DNA from: an uncultured Candidatus Binatia bacterium
Lineage (GTDB): Bacteria; Desulfobacterota; Binatia; UBA9968; JAJDTQ01
Assembly (NCBI GenBank): GCA_965242525.1
Contig: OZ251459.1
Location: 2,368,001 to 2,432,000 of the forward strand
Length of the DNA: 64,000 nucleotides
Direction: 5' to 3'
The notes under the pieces are model-generated. The model worked only from the letters and a program-made list of their open reading frames with translations. It did no database searches and was not told the DNA's origin. Shown one piece after another: positions 1-10,209 of the stretch; position 1 is the stretch's first letter, and the number at the start of each line of letters is the position of its first letter. The position numbers were made by a program, and so were the translations under genes.

Positions 1-177
<177 letters not shown>

Positions 178-249
178 CGGCCGCGGCGCGGCCTCACCTG
201 ACGCCGGCGGCGGCCCGGCCGGCAGGGAGACGGGACTTCGGTCCGACCA

Positions 250-1074
250 ATGCTCTACGTGGTAGCCACGCCCATCGGCAACCTGGAGGACGTCACCTTG
301 CGCGCCTTGCGCGTGCTGCGGGAGGCGGACGTGATCGCCGCGGAAGACACCCGGCACACCCGCAAGCTGCTGGCCCGCTACGAGATCCACACCCCCCTCA
401 CCAGCTACCACGAGGGCAACGAGCGCGCCAAGGCTGCGGCCCTGGTGCGGCGGCTGGAGGCCGGCGAGAGCGTGGCGCTGGTGTCGGACGCGGGCACCCC
501 GACCCTCTCGGACCCCGGTTTCCACCTGGTCCGCGCCGCGGCCGGCAAGGGGCTGCCGGTAACGCCGGTGCCCGGGGTCTCCGCGGCCGTGGCCGCGTTG
601 AGCGTGTGCGGGCTGGCCACGGACCGGTTCGCGTTCCAGGGGTTCCTGCCGTCCAGGCGGGGCCAGCGGAGGGAGAAGCTGAGGCGGCTCCGGGACGACG
701 ACAGGACCGCGGTGTATTACGAGGCGCCGCGCCGGATCCGGGATACGCTGTCGGACATGCGCGAGGTCCTGGGGGACCGGGCCGCGCTGGTGGGGCGGGA
801 GCTGACCAAGGTCCACGAGGAACTGCTGCGGGGGACGCTTTCCGAACTGGCGGAAAGACTGGACCGCGACGCCCCGCGCGGGGAGTTCGTCATCGTGGTC
901 GCGGGACGCGGCGAGACGCCAGCGGTGGATGAGGAGACGCTGCGGGCGGAGGCAGGCAGGCTCCTCCGAACCGGGCGCAAGGCCAACGACGTGGCCAAGC
1001 TCCTGGCGCAGACGTTTCCGTTGGCGAAACGCGACGCTTACGAGCTGGTGCTGGAAGTCGCCGGGAGACGGTGA
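250..1074 (+). CDS. rsmI: 16S rRNA (cytidine1402-2'-O)-methyltransferase
   Basis: LYVVATPIGNLEDVT, AAEDTR, LVSDAGTP.LSDPG, YEAPRR, RELTKVHEE and PRGEFVIV motifs. Confidence 0.95.
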   Translation: MLYVVATPIGNLEDVTLRALRVLREADVIAAEDTRHTRKLLARYEIHTPLTSYHEGNERAKAAALVRRLEAGESVALVSDAGTPTLSDPGFHLVRAAAGKGLPVTPVPGVSAAVAALSVCGLATDRFAFQGFLPSRRGQRREKLRRLRDDDRTAVYYEAPRRIRDTLSDMREVLGDRAALVGRELTKVHEELLRGTLSELAERLDRDAPRGEFVIVVAGRGETPAVDEETLRAEAGRLLRTGRKANDVAKLLAQTFPLAKRDAYELVLEVAGRR

Positions 1075-1183
1075 CCGGCCCGTCCGTCCGGCGGTACGAG
1101 CAAGTCTCGAACCGCACCGAGACTCGCCGGCCGAACGCCGCCAGCGCCGTTCCGACACCGATGACCGCGACGACCTCGCCCCG

Positions 1184-1825
1184 TCATTCCGCTCCCGGCG
1201 CCGGGTGGCTTTCCGGTTCCGTGACCTGCTCCGACGAGGGTGTGTCCGGGGGCCGGATCAGGGCCGACTGGAGTATCTGCAACTGGCCTTCCACCGAGAG
1301 AAAGCGGTCGCTCGTCTCCTTGCGAAGGGCTTGGTCCGCACTGCTCAGAGCCAGACGGTCTTCACGCACTTCGGCGCGCAGACCTCGTATCTCGGCGCGC
1401 AGTTGATCGAACTGCCCGTTCATCTCACCAAACCGTCCGTCCATCTCCGTGCGCGCTTGAGCGAACTTCTCGTTCATCTCGGCGCGCAGACCGTTCATCT
1501 CTGTACGCAGTTGAGTGAACTGCCCCTTCATCTCACCGAACCGTCCGTTCGTCTCCGCGCGCTGCTGACCAAACTGCCCGTTCGTCTCCGTGCGCTGCTG
1601 ACCAAACTGCCCGTTCGTCTCCGCGCGCGCTTGAGCGAACTTCTCGTTCATCTCTGTGCGCAGTGCCTGGATCTCCGTGCGCATCTCGATGCGAAGGCTG
1701 TCGATGCGACCGGACAGGTTGAACATGCCGGCGCCGAGCATCAGCCCCATGGTGACGATGGCGATCAGCTCCGGGCTCAAGCGGAAGCCGGAAAACCTTG
1801 CCGAGTCTTTTGCTGCGTCGGCCAT
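1184..1825 (-). CDS. N-terminally membrane-anchored coiled-coil repeat protein
   Basis: Hydrophobic segment (PELIAIVTMGLMLGAGMF) followed by 11-residue repeats (LRTEMNEKFAQ / QRTETNGQFGQ); ATG 1825 chosen as start. Confidence 0.75.
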   Translation of the reverse strand: MADAAKDSARFSGFRLSPELIAIVTMGLMLGAGMFNLSGRIDSLRIEMRTEIQALRTEMNEKFAQARAETNGQFGQQRTETNGQFGQQRAETNGRFGEMKGQFTQLRTEMNGLRAEMNEKFAQARTEMDGRFGEMNGQFDQLRAEIRGLRAEVREDRLALSSADQALRKETSDRFLSVEGQLQILQSALIRPPDTPSSEQVTEPESHPAPGAE

Positions 1826-1991
1826 GGCAGTGGTGAGTTTCCTGTCTTTACTCTGCCTGTACTCTGTCCGTACCCGTACGAGAACGCCCCGATAATAAAC
1901 CAATCGGCCCTTCCGATCAATTCTTTAGCGCCCTCCCGTCCTCTCTTCCGGCCGTGGCCGCGGATTGCCGGAGCGCGCGGTCAGGCGGGGT

Positions 1992-2807
1992 TCACCTGCC
2001 CCAGTCCCGGGAGTACCGGAAGTCCCGGTCGATGGTCCGGTGGGACACCTTGGCGATTACGGGAAGGCGGCGCTTGAACTGGGAGGTCATGATCCGCCGG
2101 GCGATGTCGTCGATGAACTCGGGCGCGAACCCGGCATCCATGAGCTCGGCCCGGCCATAGCGCTGGTCCACCATCAGGTAGAGCAACTCGTCCACTTCGC
2201 GGTAGCTGAACCCCAACTCGGCCTCGTCGGTCTGGCCGGTCCACAGGTCCGCGGAAGGTTCCTTGCGTATGACCGCTTGGGGAACGCCGACGGCCTCGCT
2301 CAGGGCCCACACCTGGGTCTTGTACAGGTCCCCCAGGGGGTTCAAGGCGGACGCCATGTCCCCGTGCAGGGTGCCGTAACCCAGGAGCAACTCGGTCTTG
2401 TTGCTCGTGCCCGCCACCAGCGCGTCCCAGCGCGCGGAGTGGTCGTAGAGGATGGTCATGCGTTCCCGGGCCATCTTGTTGCCCCGGCGTTTGGGGTCCG
2501 CGTCCGGAAACGCGTCGAAATAGGCGTCGATCTGCGGGGTGATCTCCACCGTGTCGCACCGGATGCCGATCTTCTCCGCCACCAGGCGGGCGTGCTCCAG
2601 GCTCTCCGCGCTGGAGCTCCGGTAGGGCATCATGAGGCCCAGCACCTGTCCGGGACCCAGGGCCTCGGCCGCCAGCATGGCGCTCAGGCTCGAGTCCACT
2701 CCGCCGGAAAGACCCACCACCACCCGTTCCAGGCCGACCTTGCGCACCTCGTTGCGGATGAACGCCACCAGGACCCGGCGCATCAGTGACACGTTGGTGG
2801 GGACCAT
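1992..2807 (-). CDS. nadE: NAD+ synthetase (synthetase subunit)
   Basis: [42 protein letters not shown] and PSADLW.GQTDE motifs. Confidence 0.93.
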   Translation of the reverse strand: MVPTNVSLMRRVLVAFIRNEVRKVGLERVVVGLSGGVDSSLSAMLAAEALGPGQVLGLMMPYRSSSAESLEHARLVAEKIGIRCDTVEITPQIDAYFDAFPDADPKRRGNKMARERMTILYDHSARWDALVAGTSNKTELLLGYGTLHGDMASALNPLGDLYKTQVWALSEAVGVPQAVIRKEPSADLWTGQTDEAELGFSYREVDELLYLMVDQRYGRAELMDAGFAPEFIDDIARRIMTSQFKRRLPVIAKVSHRTIDRDFRYSRDWGR

Positions 2808-2815
2808 GCGTCCGT

Positions 2816-3661
2816 CTATCCCCCGCGGATGCGCTCCAGCTCCCGGATGGTGAGGTCCACGTCCTCGTCGCGCATCAACGGCGCCCGGGTGCGCTTGCGC
2901 CGGACCACCGCGTGCGACACATCCCCGGCCACGAAGTCCTCCTCGTAGTAGTCCCCCCTGCACACGGTCCGGCCGAATGGGTCGAGGATGCCGGAGCCGC
3001 CCCAGAAGCCCACCCCGTCCTCGAAGCCCGCCCGGTTGGCGTGGACCACGAAGACCCCGTAGGTCTCGGCGTAGCCCCGGGTGACGAGGTCCCAGTAACG
3101 CGCGTTGTCGTCCTGGGCGGCGCCGTCGGCGACCCCGCGCAGGGGGCTCGCGGAGGGACAGAGGATCGTCAGGGCGCCGTCCAGCGCCGCCAGGTAAACC
3201 GTGGAAGGATGCCAGAGGTCCTCGCAGATGAGCAGGGCGAAGCGGCCGTGCCGGGTGTCGAAGGCCCGCAGCCGGTCGCCCCGGGCAAAGTAGCGCTGCT
3301 CGTCGAACATGCCGTAGGTGGGGAGGTACACCTTCCGGTGGACGTGGCGGACGTCGCCGTCCTCCAGATAGACCGCGGCGTTGAAGAACCGGTGGTCCGG
3401 GCTCTCCAGCACCAGCCCGGCCACCAGCGGCACGTCCCGGCTCAACGCCCTGAGCCGTTCCATCTCCGGGCTCGACAGCGTCACCGCGACGTCCGGCACC
3501 ATGTCGCGCAGGAAGTAACCGGTGAGGCTCAGCTCGGGGAACACCACCACGTCCACGCTACGGGCCCGGGCGTCCCGCACCCCGGCCTCGTAGAGGGCGA
3601 GGTTCGCGGCCACGTCGCCCAGCTTCGGGTTGACCTGCGCCATGCCGACTCGGAACGACAT
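2816..3661 (-). CDS. Carbon-nitrogen hydrolase (nitrilase family), probable glutaminase partner of NadE
   Basis: [27 protein letters not shown] and LICEDLW (E-K-C triad); directly upstream of nadE. Confidence 0.88.
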   Translation of the reverse strand: MSFRVGMAQVNPKLGDVAANLALYEAGVRDARARSVDVVVFPELSLTGYFLRDMVPDVAVTLSSPEMERLRALSRDVPLVAGLVLESPDHRFFNAAVYLEDGDVRHVHRKVYLPTYGMFDEQRYFARGDRLRAFDTRHGRFALLICEDLWHPSTVYLAALDGALTILCPSASPLRGVADGAAQDDNARYWDLVTRGYAETYGVFVVHANRAGFEDGVGFWGGSGILDPFGRTVCRGDYYEEDFVAGDVSHAVVRRKRTRAPLMRDEDVDLTIRELERIRGG

Positions 3662-3756
3662 GGAATGGGGGCTAACACATTTCCGCGGGGGGAGGAAGCC
3701 GCGGACCGGAGGGAGGGGGGTTCCATTCGAGGGGGGCATCGGTTACATGGAACCCC

Positions 3757-4827
3757 ATGGAGCGGCTGCGGGAGCAAGTGGCGGAGAAGGCCGCGGAGGC
3801 GTTCGGAAGCGGCGCCCGGGTCACCGGGGTGGAGCCGCTGGCGGGAGATGCGTCTTCCCGCCGCTATTTCCGGGCGGGGGTCGAGGTCCCCGGGGGACCG
3901 GAGTCGGTCATCGTAATGGCGTGGAGCGACGTGGGGCTGCCCATCTCGTCGGACGAGCTGGCGGTGTTCGAGGAGCCGCCGGAGGAATTGCCGTTCCTGA
4001 ACGTGCACCGGTTCCTCGAGAGGGTCGGGGTGAGGGTGCCCGCGGTCCACGGCCACTGGGTGGAAGACGGGCTGATGCTGCTGGAGGACCTGGGCGACGT
4101 GAGCCTCTGGGACAAGGTGCGGGAGGCGCCGGAAGCGGAGTCGCTCCGATGGTACCGGAAGGCCATCGACGAGCTGCTGGTGCTGCAAGTGGCCGGCACC
4201 CGGGCCCGGGACCACCACTGCATGGCCTTCGGACAGACGTTCGACCGGCGGCTCTACCTCTGGGAGCTCGAGCATTTCGTCGAGTACGGCCTGGAGCAGG
4301 GACGCCCGGGGAGCCTGCCGCGGGCGGAGCGGCAGGTGCTGGACGAGGAGTTCCGGGACATGGCGGAACGTCTGGACGGGCAACCGCGGGTGCTGAGCCA
4401 CCGGGACTACCATAGCTGGAACCTCATGGTCCACGACGGCGCGGTGGCGGTCATCGACTTCCAGGACGCGCTGCTGGCCCCGCGGACCTACGACCTGGCC
4501 TCGCTCCTGAACGACAGGGAGACCGACCGGGTGGTCACCCCCGGGATGGAGGAAGCCCTGGTCCGCTACCACCTCGAACGCACGGAGGCTCTGGGCGAGC
4601 CCCGGGCGGACCGCGACGAGTTCCGGGAGGCATACCTGCTCTCGGCGTTGCAGCGGGACCTCAAGGTGGTGGGCCGGTTCCGCTATCTGGACCTGGTCAA
4701 GCACAAGCCCGGCTACCGGCGTTACGTCCCGCGGACCCTGGAGCGCATCGGGAGGAACCTCCGGCGGATGCCGGGAACGGAGCGCTTGGCCGCGGTCCTC
4801 GCGGCCCACTTCGAGGAGGTCGCGTGA
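3757..4827 (+). CDS. amgK: Aminoglycoside-phosphotransferase-fold kinase, AmgK-like anomeric MurNAc/GlcNAc kinase
   Basis: LAGDASSRRYFR, LLEDLGD, HRDYHSWNLM and IDFQDA motifs; coupled to a nucleotidyltransferase. Confidence 0.8.
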   Translation: MERLREQVAEKAAEAFGSGARVTGVEPLAGDASSRRYFRAGVEVPGGPESVIVMAWSDVGLPISSDELAVFEEPPEELPFLNVHRFLERVGVRVPAVHGHWVEDGLMLLEDLGDVSLWDKVREAPEAESLRWYRKAIDELLVLQVAGTRARDHHCMAFGQTFDRRLYLWELEHFVEYGLEQGRPGSLPRAERQVLDEEFRDMAERLDGQPRVLSHRDYHSWNLMVHDGAVAVIDFQDALLAPRTYDLASLLNDRETDRVVTPGMEEALVRYHLERTEALGEPRADRDEFREAYLLSALQRDLKVVGRFRYLDLVKHKPGYRRYVPRTLERIGRNLRRMPGTERLAAVLAAHFEEVA

Positions 4828-5564
4828 GGGCGATGCTGTTGGCGGCCGGTCTCGGCACCCGGCTCCGGCCCCTCACCGACACCATGCCCAAGTGTCTCGT
4901 GCGGCTGCACGACCGGCCCATGATCGACTACCCGCTGTTGATGCTGCGCCGCTACGGCGTGCGCGAGATCGTGGTCAACCTCCACCACTTCGCGGACCAG
5001 GTGGAGGAATACCTGGGCGACGGCGCCCGCTTCGGCGTCCATATCGTTTGCTCACGGGAAGAGACGCTGCTCGACACCGGCGGCGGCATCCTGAGGGTCC
5101 GGAGCCTCCTGGACCAGGGCGCCTTCGTGGTGGTGAACGGCGACGTGCTCATCGACCTGCGGCTGGACCGGGTGCTGCGGTTCCACCGGCAGCGAGGGGC
5201 CGCGGCCACCCTGGTGCTGCGAAAGGACCCCGCGGCGGACGCCTACGGGGCCATCTGCACCGACGCGCACGGGAACGTCTGCCGGTTCCTCCACCACGAA
5301 GCCCCCCGCGCCCCGCGGGGGAAGCTGGAGCAGTACATGTTCACGGGAGTCCAGGTGCTGGAGCCGACCGTCTTCCGTTACATGGACGAGGACGAAGCCC
5401 CCTTCGGCATCACCCGGCGCACGTACCCGCGAATGCTGAAGGCGGCCGAGAGGCTGTCGGGTTTTCGCTTCGACGGCGAATGGCAGGACCTGGGAACGCC
5501 CGAGCGGCTGGAGAGCGCGGAGCGGAGACTGCGGAGCGGCGCCTGGAAGCCGCATTTCCTGTAG
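4824..5564 (+). CDS. murU: MurU-like sugar-phosphate nucleotidyltransferase
   Basis: AMLLAAGLGTRLRPLT..PK, LLDTGGG, NGD and WQDLGTPE motifs; overlaps the amgK-like stop (GTGA). Confidence 0.75.
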   Translation: MRAMLLAAGLGTRLRPLTDTMPKCLVRLHDRPMIDYPLLMLRRYGVREIVVNLHHFADQVEEYLGDGARFGVHIVCSREETLLDTGGGILRVRSLLDQGAFVVVNGDVLIDLRLDRVLRFHRQRGAAATLVLRKDPAADAYGAICTDAHGNVCRFLHHEAPRAPRGKLEQYMFTGVQVLEPTVFRYMDEDEAPFGITRRTYPRMLKAAERLSGFRFDGEWQDLGTPERLESAERRLRSGAWKPHFL

Positions 5565-5671
5565 GGCCACGAAATTGCGGGCGGCCCCTATGGAAATTCC
5601 GTGCGTTGTCGATATACAATAGCAGGACAACGGGCTCCATGACGGAGGGAGGAAAGCGAAGGAGAAGCCCG

Positions 5672-6139
5672 ATGGAGTGGATGACGATCCTGCAGGCCGT
5701 GGTCACCGTCGGCTTCGCCGTCCTCGCGCTGGCGGTGACCTTGATGGGGAAGCGCTTCGACGACATGCGCGGGTCCACGGACAACCGCTTCGACGACACG
5801 CGCCATCACACAGACACTCGCTTCGAGGCCGTGGAAAGGCGCTTCGATGACGTGGACCAACGTTTCAACACCGTGGACAAGCGCATCGACGACATGCGCC
5901 ATGACATGGACGAACGCTTCCGCGGCGTGGACAGGCGTTTCGACGACATGGAGAAGCGTTTCGAGGATATGGAGAAACGCTTCGACCAGCGTTTCGAGAA
6001 CATGGACAAGCGCTTTGAAAACATGGACAAGCGTTTCGACGACATGGACAGACGTTTCGACGACATGGCGAAGCGCTTCGACGACATGCGTGGATACCTG
6101 CTGCACGAGCGCGGAGGCGACAGGCCCAGCGCCGCCTGA
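5672..6139 (+). CDS. N-terminally membrane-anchored coiled-coil repeat protein (RFDDMDK-type repeats)
   Basis: TM segment ILQAVVTVGFAVLALAVTLM, then ~15 RF(D/E)xM(D/E)K/R repeats of 7 or 11 residues; AAGGAG upstream. Confidence 0.8.
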   Translation: MEWMTILQAVVTVGFAVLALAVTLMGKRFDDMRGSTDNRFDDTRHHTDTRFEAVERRFDDVDQRFNTVDKRIDDMRHDMDERFRGVDRRFDDMEKRFEDMEKRFDQRFENMDKRFENMDKRFDDMDRRFDDMAKRFDDMRGYLLHERGGDRPSAA

Positions 6140-6167
6140 ACCGGCGCGCGGCGCGCCGAACGAGCGG

Positions 6168-6917
6168 TTACTTCCGGTCCCTCTTGTTGTCCAAGTACTC
6201 GCTCTGGTCCTTGTAGGCTTCGGCGTCGTAGAGCTCCCTGTCGATTCGATGCAGCAGGTCCTCCCCGGCCACGATGATCTTGCGCTTTTCCGAGACGCCC
6301 TTCCGCGCTAGGGAGATGTTGCGCCGCAGTGACCGTCGGACCACGCCCCTGGTGTCCCAGAACTCCGGAGTGAAGTCCCTGTAGCCGTCCTGGGTCGCCC
6401 TGGCCAACAGGGACAACCCGCCCTTGTAGCTCTCGAGGCCCGCTTCGTCGTCGCCCTGCTGCAACTGGGTCAGTCCCATGACCAGCCAGCCGATCTCGTC
6501 CTCCCGGTTCACCGCCAACGCCCGCGTGAGCACGTCGTAGGCGGCCCGGTACCTGCCCGCGTAATAATAGGCCCGCCCGAGTTGCGTCAGGCTGTCACGG
6601 TACTTGGGGTCCCTGCGGACCACGTACTGGAGGTCCGCGATGGCCTTGCGCGAGTTCCCGCCCTTCCGGCTCTTGCGCAATTCGTCCACGGCGTCGTTGT
6701 ACTTGCCGCCGACGCCGAAACCCGCCGGCCTCCAACACCCCGCCGTGCCCAGGTTCAGGGCTACCAACGCGGCCGCGACCGCCATCCACGCAGTCCTCTT
6801 CGGAAACCCTGAACGATTCCGGCTTGAACCGCATCTCCCTGCGGGAAAGCGCGTCCTTCGACTTCGCTTCGCTACGCTCAGGATGAACGGGGATAATTGT
6901 TCCGAGTTTCCCTTCAT
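6168..6917 (-). CDS. TPR-containing lipoprotein whose signal peptide carries an in-frame MITE insertion
   Basis: GAGG RBS before ATG 6917; lipobox-like GTAG-C; TPR-like helices (LTQLGRAYYYAGRYRAAYDVLTRAL). Confidence 0.75.
   Translation of the reverse strand: MKGNSEQLSPFILSVAKRSRRTRFPAGRCGSSRNRSGFPKRTAWMAVAAALVALNLGTAGCWRPAGFGVGGKYNDAVDELRKSRKGGNSRKAIADLQYVVRRDPKYRDSLTQLGRAYYYAGRYRAAYDVLTRALAVNREDEIGWLVMGLTQLQQGDDEAGLESYKGGLSLLARATQDGYRDFTPEFWDTRGVVRRSLRRNISLARKGVSEKRKIIVAGEDLLHRIDRELYDAEAYKDQSEYLDNKRDRK
6802..6911. mobile_element. MITE copy (110 bp) with CTTC target duplication
   Basis: Ends GGAAACCCTGAAC...GTTCCGAGTTTCC; CTTC at 6798-6801 and 6912-6915; contains the REP-like core. Confidence 0.85.
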
Positions 6918-7140
6918 CTTCGATTCCTCGTCTTGCGCATGTCTTCGGGATTCCGAACCCCTCGGAACCCCGCCATCGTACACGTGTAGCGCATACGGCT
7001 ACCCGTAACCGTATAATCGAGAAACCACCCGCGGTCAAACCTGCCGTCGCTGTCCCCGCCCCCTCTCCCGCCCGAAACCCGGTTCCGAGTCGTTGACATG
7101 CAGCGGGCGAAGACGATAAGCACCGTTGTCAACATCGGAA

Positions 7141-7283
7141 GGGAACCCTGAACAATCACCTCCGTTCGTCATGAGCGTAGCGAAGCGAAGTCTCCCGTTC
7201 ATCCTGAGCGTAGCGAAGCGAAGTCGAAGGACGGGCTTTCCCACAGGGAGATGCGATTCGAGCCGGAATCGTTCAGGGTTTCC
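7141..7283. mobile_element. MITE copy with GGAA target duplication
   Basis: Ends GGGAACCCTGAAC...GTTCAGGGTTTCC; GGAA at 7137-7140 and 7284-7287. Confidence 0.8.
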
Positions 7284-7397
7284 GGAAGGGAGCTGCGCCA
7301 TGACAGGGTTCGAAGCCGCGTCCGCCGCCTGCCGGAACGCCGAAGCCTTGCGGTCGCTCGTCAAGGGCATGGAGACCGCGCATGGGGTCCGGGCCGA

Positions 7398-8351
7398 ATG
7401 AACAGATCCGAACTCGACCGCGTTGTCTTGTCTTCGGCGATGGCTTCCAACACCAAGCTGGCTTATGAAAAGGGCTGGGCCTGTTTCGCCGCGTACTGCG
7501 CCAACGAAAACATCGACGACCCCTTGGCGGCCTCTCCCGACTCCGTGGCCCTTTTCCTGGTTCACTGCGCCACACGGCCCCGTTCCACCAACGGCGTCCC
7601 CCTGTCCATGGGCACCGTCGTCCTCTACAACAGCGCCATCACCAAACGCTACGCCGACGCCGGCAAGACCTCGCCCACCCATCACCCCCTCGTCCGGGCG
7701 ACCCTCAAGGGGCTGGCCCGCGCCAGGGGCACGGCCCCCCGGCGAGTCAAGGCTTTGCGCGAGGAGCACATCCGGGCCATGATCGCCCGATGTCCCGACT
7801 CGGTCATCGGGGTCCGTGACGCCGCCCTTCTCGCCCTCGGCTTCGCCGCGGCCTTGCGCCGGTCGGAACTCTGCGGGTTGTCCGTGGACGACGTGACCGT
7901 CCTGCCGCAGGACCGGGACCATCCCCGGCGGATGCTGCTGACCATCCGCCGGTCCAAGACGGACCAGGCCGGCAACGGCCAGACGATCCCCATCCCGGAA
8001 GGCCGGCTGATTCGCCCCATTGCCCGCGTGCAGGATTGGCTGTCCGCGTCCGGCATCACGCGCGGGCCGCTGTTCCGGGCCATGAGACGGGGCGGCTCCG
8101 TGCAGGAGGGACCGCTGCACAATTCGGACGTTCCGCGCCTGGTCAAGCGCTACGCCGCCCTGATCGGCCTGGACCCCGGGGAGGTGTCGGGCCATTCGCT
8201 GCGGGCAGGCTTCGTGACCAGCGCCGCGGCGCACCGCGCCCGCCTCGACAAGATCATGGCCATCACCCGCCACACCAACCCCGCTACGGTCCTGAAGTAC
8301 ATCCGTGACGCCGAAGCCTTCGCCGACCACGCCGGCGACGGGTTCCTGTAA
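7398..8351 (+). CDS. Tyrosine recombinase (Cre-like), candidate invertase for the adjacent porin switch
   Basis: Catalytic set: LRRSEL (R), RRSKTDQ (K), GHSLRAG (HxxR), TRH (H), KYIR (Y); N-terminal NT..AY...W..F core-binding motif. Confidence 0.92.
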   Translation: MNRSELDRVVLSSAMASNTKLAYEKGWACFAAYCANENIDDPLAASPDSVALFLVHCATRPRSTNGVPLSMGTVVLYNSAITKRYADAGKTSPTHHPLVRATLKGLARARGTAPRRVKALREEHIRAMIARCPDSVIGVRDAALLALGFAAALRRSELCGLSVDDVTVLPQDRDHPRRMLLTIRRSKTDQAGNGQTIPIPEGRLIRPIARVQDWLSASGITRGPLFRAMRRGGSVQEGPLHNSDVPRLVKRYAALIGLDPGEVSGHSLRAGFVTSAAAHRARLDKIMAITRHTNPATVLKYIRDAEAFADHAGDGFL

Positions 8352-8375
8352 ACGTTGCCAGCGCCGCCTGCCCAC

Positions 8376-8562
8376 GGAAACCCCGAACAAACATCCCCGT
8401 TCGCCCTGAGCATGGCGAAGCGAAGCATCCCGTTCGTCTGAGCGTAGCGAAGCCCCGTGTCCTGGGGGGAAAAGTGAAGTTCCCCGTGTCCTGAACATGG
8501 CAATGTGAAGTCCCCCCGTTCGTCCTGAGCGTAGCGAAGCGAAGTCGAAGGACGCGCTTTCC
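8376..8562. repeat. Cluster of REP-like core repeats with one MITE end
   Basis: GGAAACCCCGAACAA followed by several CCCGTTCGTCCTGAGCGTAGCGAAGCGAAG variants; abuts the recombination site. Confidence 0.75.
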
Positions 8563-8565
8563 ATA

Positions 8566-8593
8566 GTCCTCGGTTATCTACCTAACTGAGGAC
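8566..8593 (+). other. Putative site-specific recombination site 1 (11-bp arms, 6-bp spacer)
   Basis: GTCCTCGGTTA-TCTACC-TAACTGAGGAC; arms are 10/11 inverted repeats; identity with the porin gene begins exactly at the spacer. Confidence 0.8.
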
Positions 8594-9748
8594 AACAACG
8601 AGGAGGGCTACCAGCAGGGCCAGATCCGGATTCGGCGGTTCCGCCCGTCCATCAACGTGACCTCGCAGCAGGGCTTCTACGAAGTGAGGTGGACCTTCAA
8701 CGGAAACAGCGCAGCCTTCGATGGCGACGGCTACCTCCACTTCGAGAAGATGAACCCCTACCTCCCCACGGTGGGATTCGGGTTCAATCCCAGTATCACG
8801 GGCTTGAACGAGAGCGCCTATCGGGTTGAAGACTCCATCCTCGCTGACACTCTGGCTTTCGCAGGGAGCCAGGACCGGAGCCTCGTGTTCGCATGGAACA
8901 AGCTCCCTGCCATGGGAACCGCGAAGGTCGCTTACCTGAACTTCGCCATCGGCCATGACGAGAAGCCGGTCAGCGCCAAGGATACGTATATGGGCACGAC
9001 CGCCTCGGGTGAAGCCGTCACCGTCACGGGTCCCTCGAGGGGGACGGACGAGTACGCGAGGCACCCGGCCGTCACCGACAACTCCCGTTCGATGCTCGTT
9101 ACCCTCGGACTGAAGCCCCTTGGCGCCGCCAAGGCGATGGGGGGCATCGATATGTCCAGCTTCCAGTACGATTTCGCCTACGAGAACCTGAGGAACAGTT
9201 ACAACGAAGGCGGCTTTGCAGGCGGCCTCTGGACCGTCAACGCCACCAAGAATGTCAAATTGGCCAGCCTTGGAAGCGCTGTAGGTGACCACACCTTCGT
9301 GGGGCACGGCCTCCAATGGAGCCCCCTAAAGCCAGTGTCTCTTGCCACTCATTTCATAGACTGGAAGGCCGACGCCGACGCGGGCGTGGCGGCCGACCTG
9401 CGGGCCACCGAGTGGAGGGTTGCGCTCAACATATGGCTGTGGGGTCCCAAGAGCGGCATGATGGGCGGAAGCAAGAGCGAAGGCGGCATCTCCACCTCTC
9501 CGATGTATTCCGTAGTGGACCTGAAAGACATGGGCACCGCACCCAATGGTGTTGCCAAGCCCATCGGCGAAGTGAAGAACCTGGGGTGGGCGGTCGTGTA
9601 CAATGTCCCCGGCGGCTGGATGCAGATCCACGGTATCTGGGACAGGTACGAGTGCGACCCGCAGATTTGTGACCCCGCGGTGGCGCTGGTATCCGAAAAC
9701 GGCAAGTCCTTCAGCACCTTCACCCTGGTCGCAGAGTACAGGTTCTAG
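8576..9748 (+). other. Silent porin C-terminal cassette B (beta-barrel; no own start or signal peptide)
   Basis: Open frame YLTEDNNEEGYQQGQIRIRRFRPS...LVAEYRF homologous to residues 100-463 of 14078-15469; in-frame TAG at 8564-8566 just upstream. Confidence 0.88.
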
Positions 9749-9766
9749 GGTCATCGTTTCGGCTTG

Positions 9767-9823
9767 AAAAGGAGAGAAGGAAGGGCATCCTTTCGGGGAT
9801 GAGCCTCCTTCTCTCCTTTTTTT
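9767..9823 (+). terminator. Intrinsic terminator after cassette B
   Basis: AAAAGGAGAGAAGGA...TCCTTCTCTCCTTTTTTT stem plus T tract. Confidence 0.8.
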
Positions 9824-9909
9824 CTCTCAGGAGGGTTGCAATGAAGGGAACGATTTTGGCGTTGGCGGTAGCAGGCGTGTTGAGTGGATTTAAGGAAGGA
9901 AGGCATCTT

Positions 9910-10209
9910 ATGACACAAATCACGACAGCGACACACGATACGCTCGGTCGTAGCAAAAGGCGTTTGGTTGTACGGGGTCTTGCGTACATCCTCACCGTCG
10001 TCGCTATTGTCTCCGTTGTCTCCGTACTGTTTCGTTTCGACTCGGTGGAAGCGCAGACAACATGCACAAGGGGGGAGGCCGCCGCCGAAGCAGTGAGGCT
10101 CCAAGGCGGATATGTGATATCGGTCTCTCAAAGAAATGGGGAATTTGTCGTCCAAATGATCGACGGTAACGGCAAGCACAGGGAGATCAAAATCCTGCGG
10201 AAATGCTGA
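9910..10209 (+). CDS. Small exported/membrane protein (possibly PepSY-like)
   Basis: AAGGAAGG upstream; hydrophobic segment ending VEA-Q; low-GC DNA. Confidence 0.5.
   Translation: MTQITTATHDTLGRSKRRLVVRGLAYILTVVAIVSVVSVLFRFDSVEAQTTCTRGEAAAEAVRLQGGYVISVSQRNGEFVVQMIDGNGKHREIKILRKC

Noticed and set aside
7398-8351. Prophage or integron integrase
   Set aside because: No phage genes, no attC cassette array and no IntI-specific insertion seen; the adjacent inverted sites explain it better
8657-9748. Stand-alone porin gene starting at GTG 8657
   Set aside because: No RBS or signal peptide, and homology extends upstream to the recombination site; treated as a silent cassette
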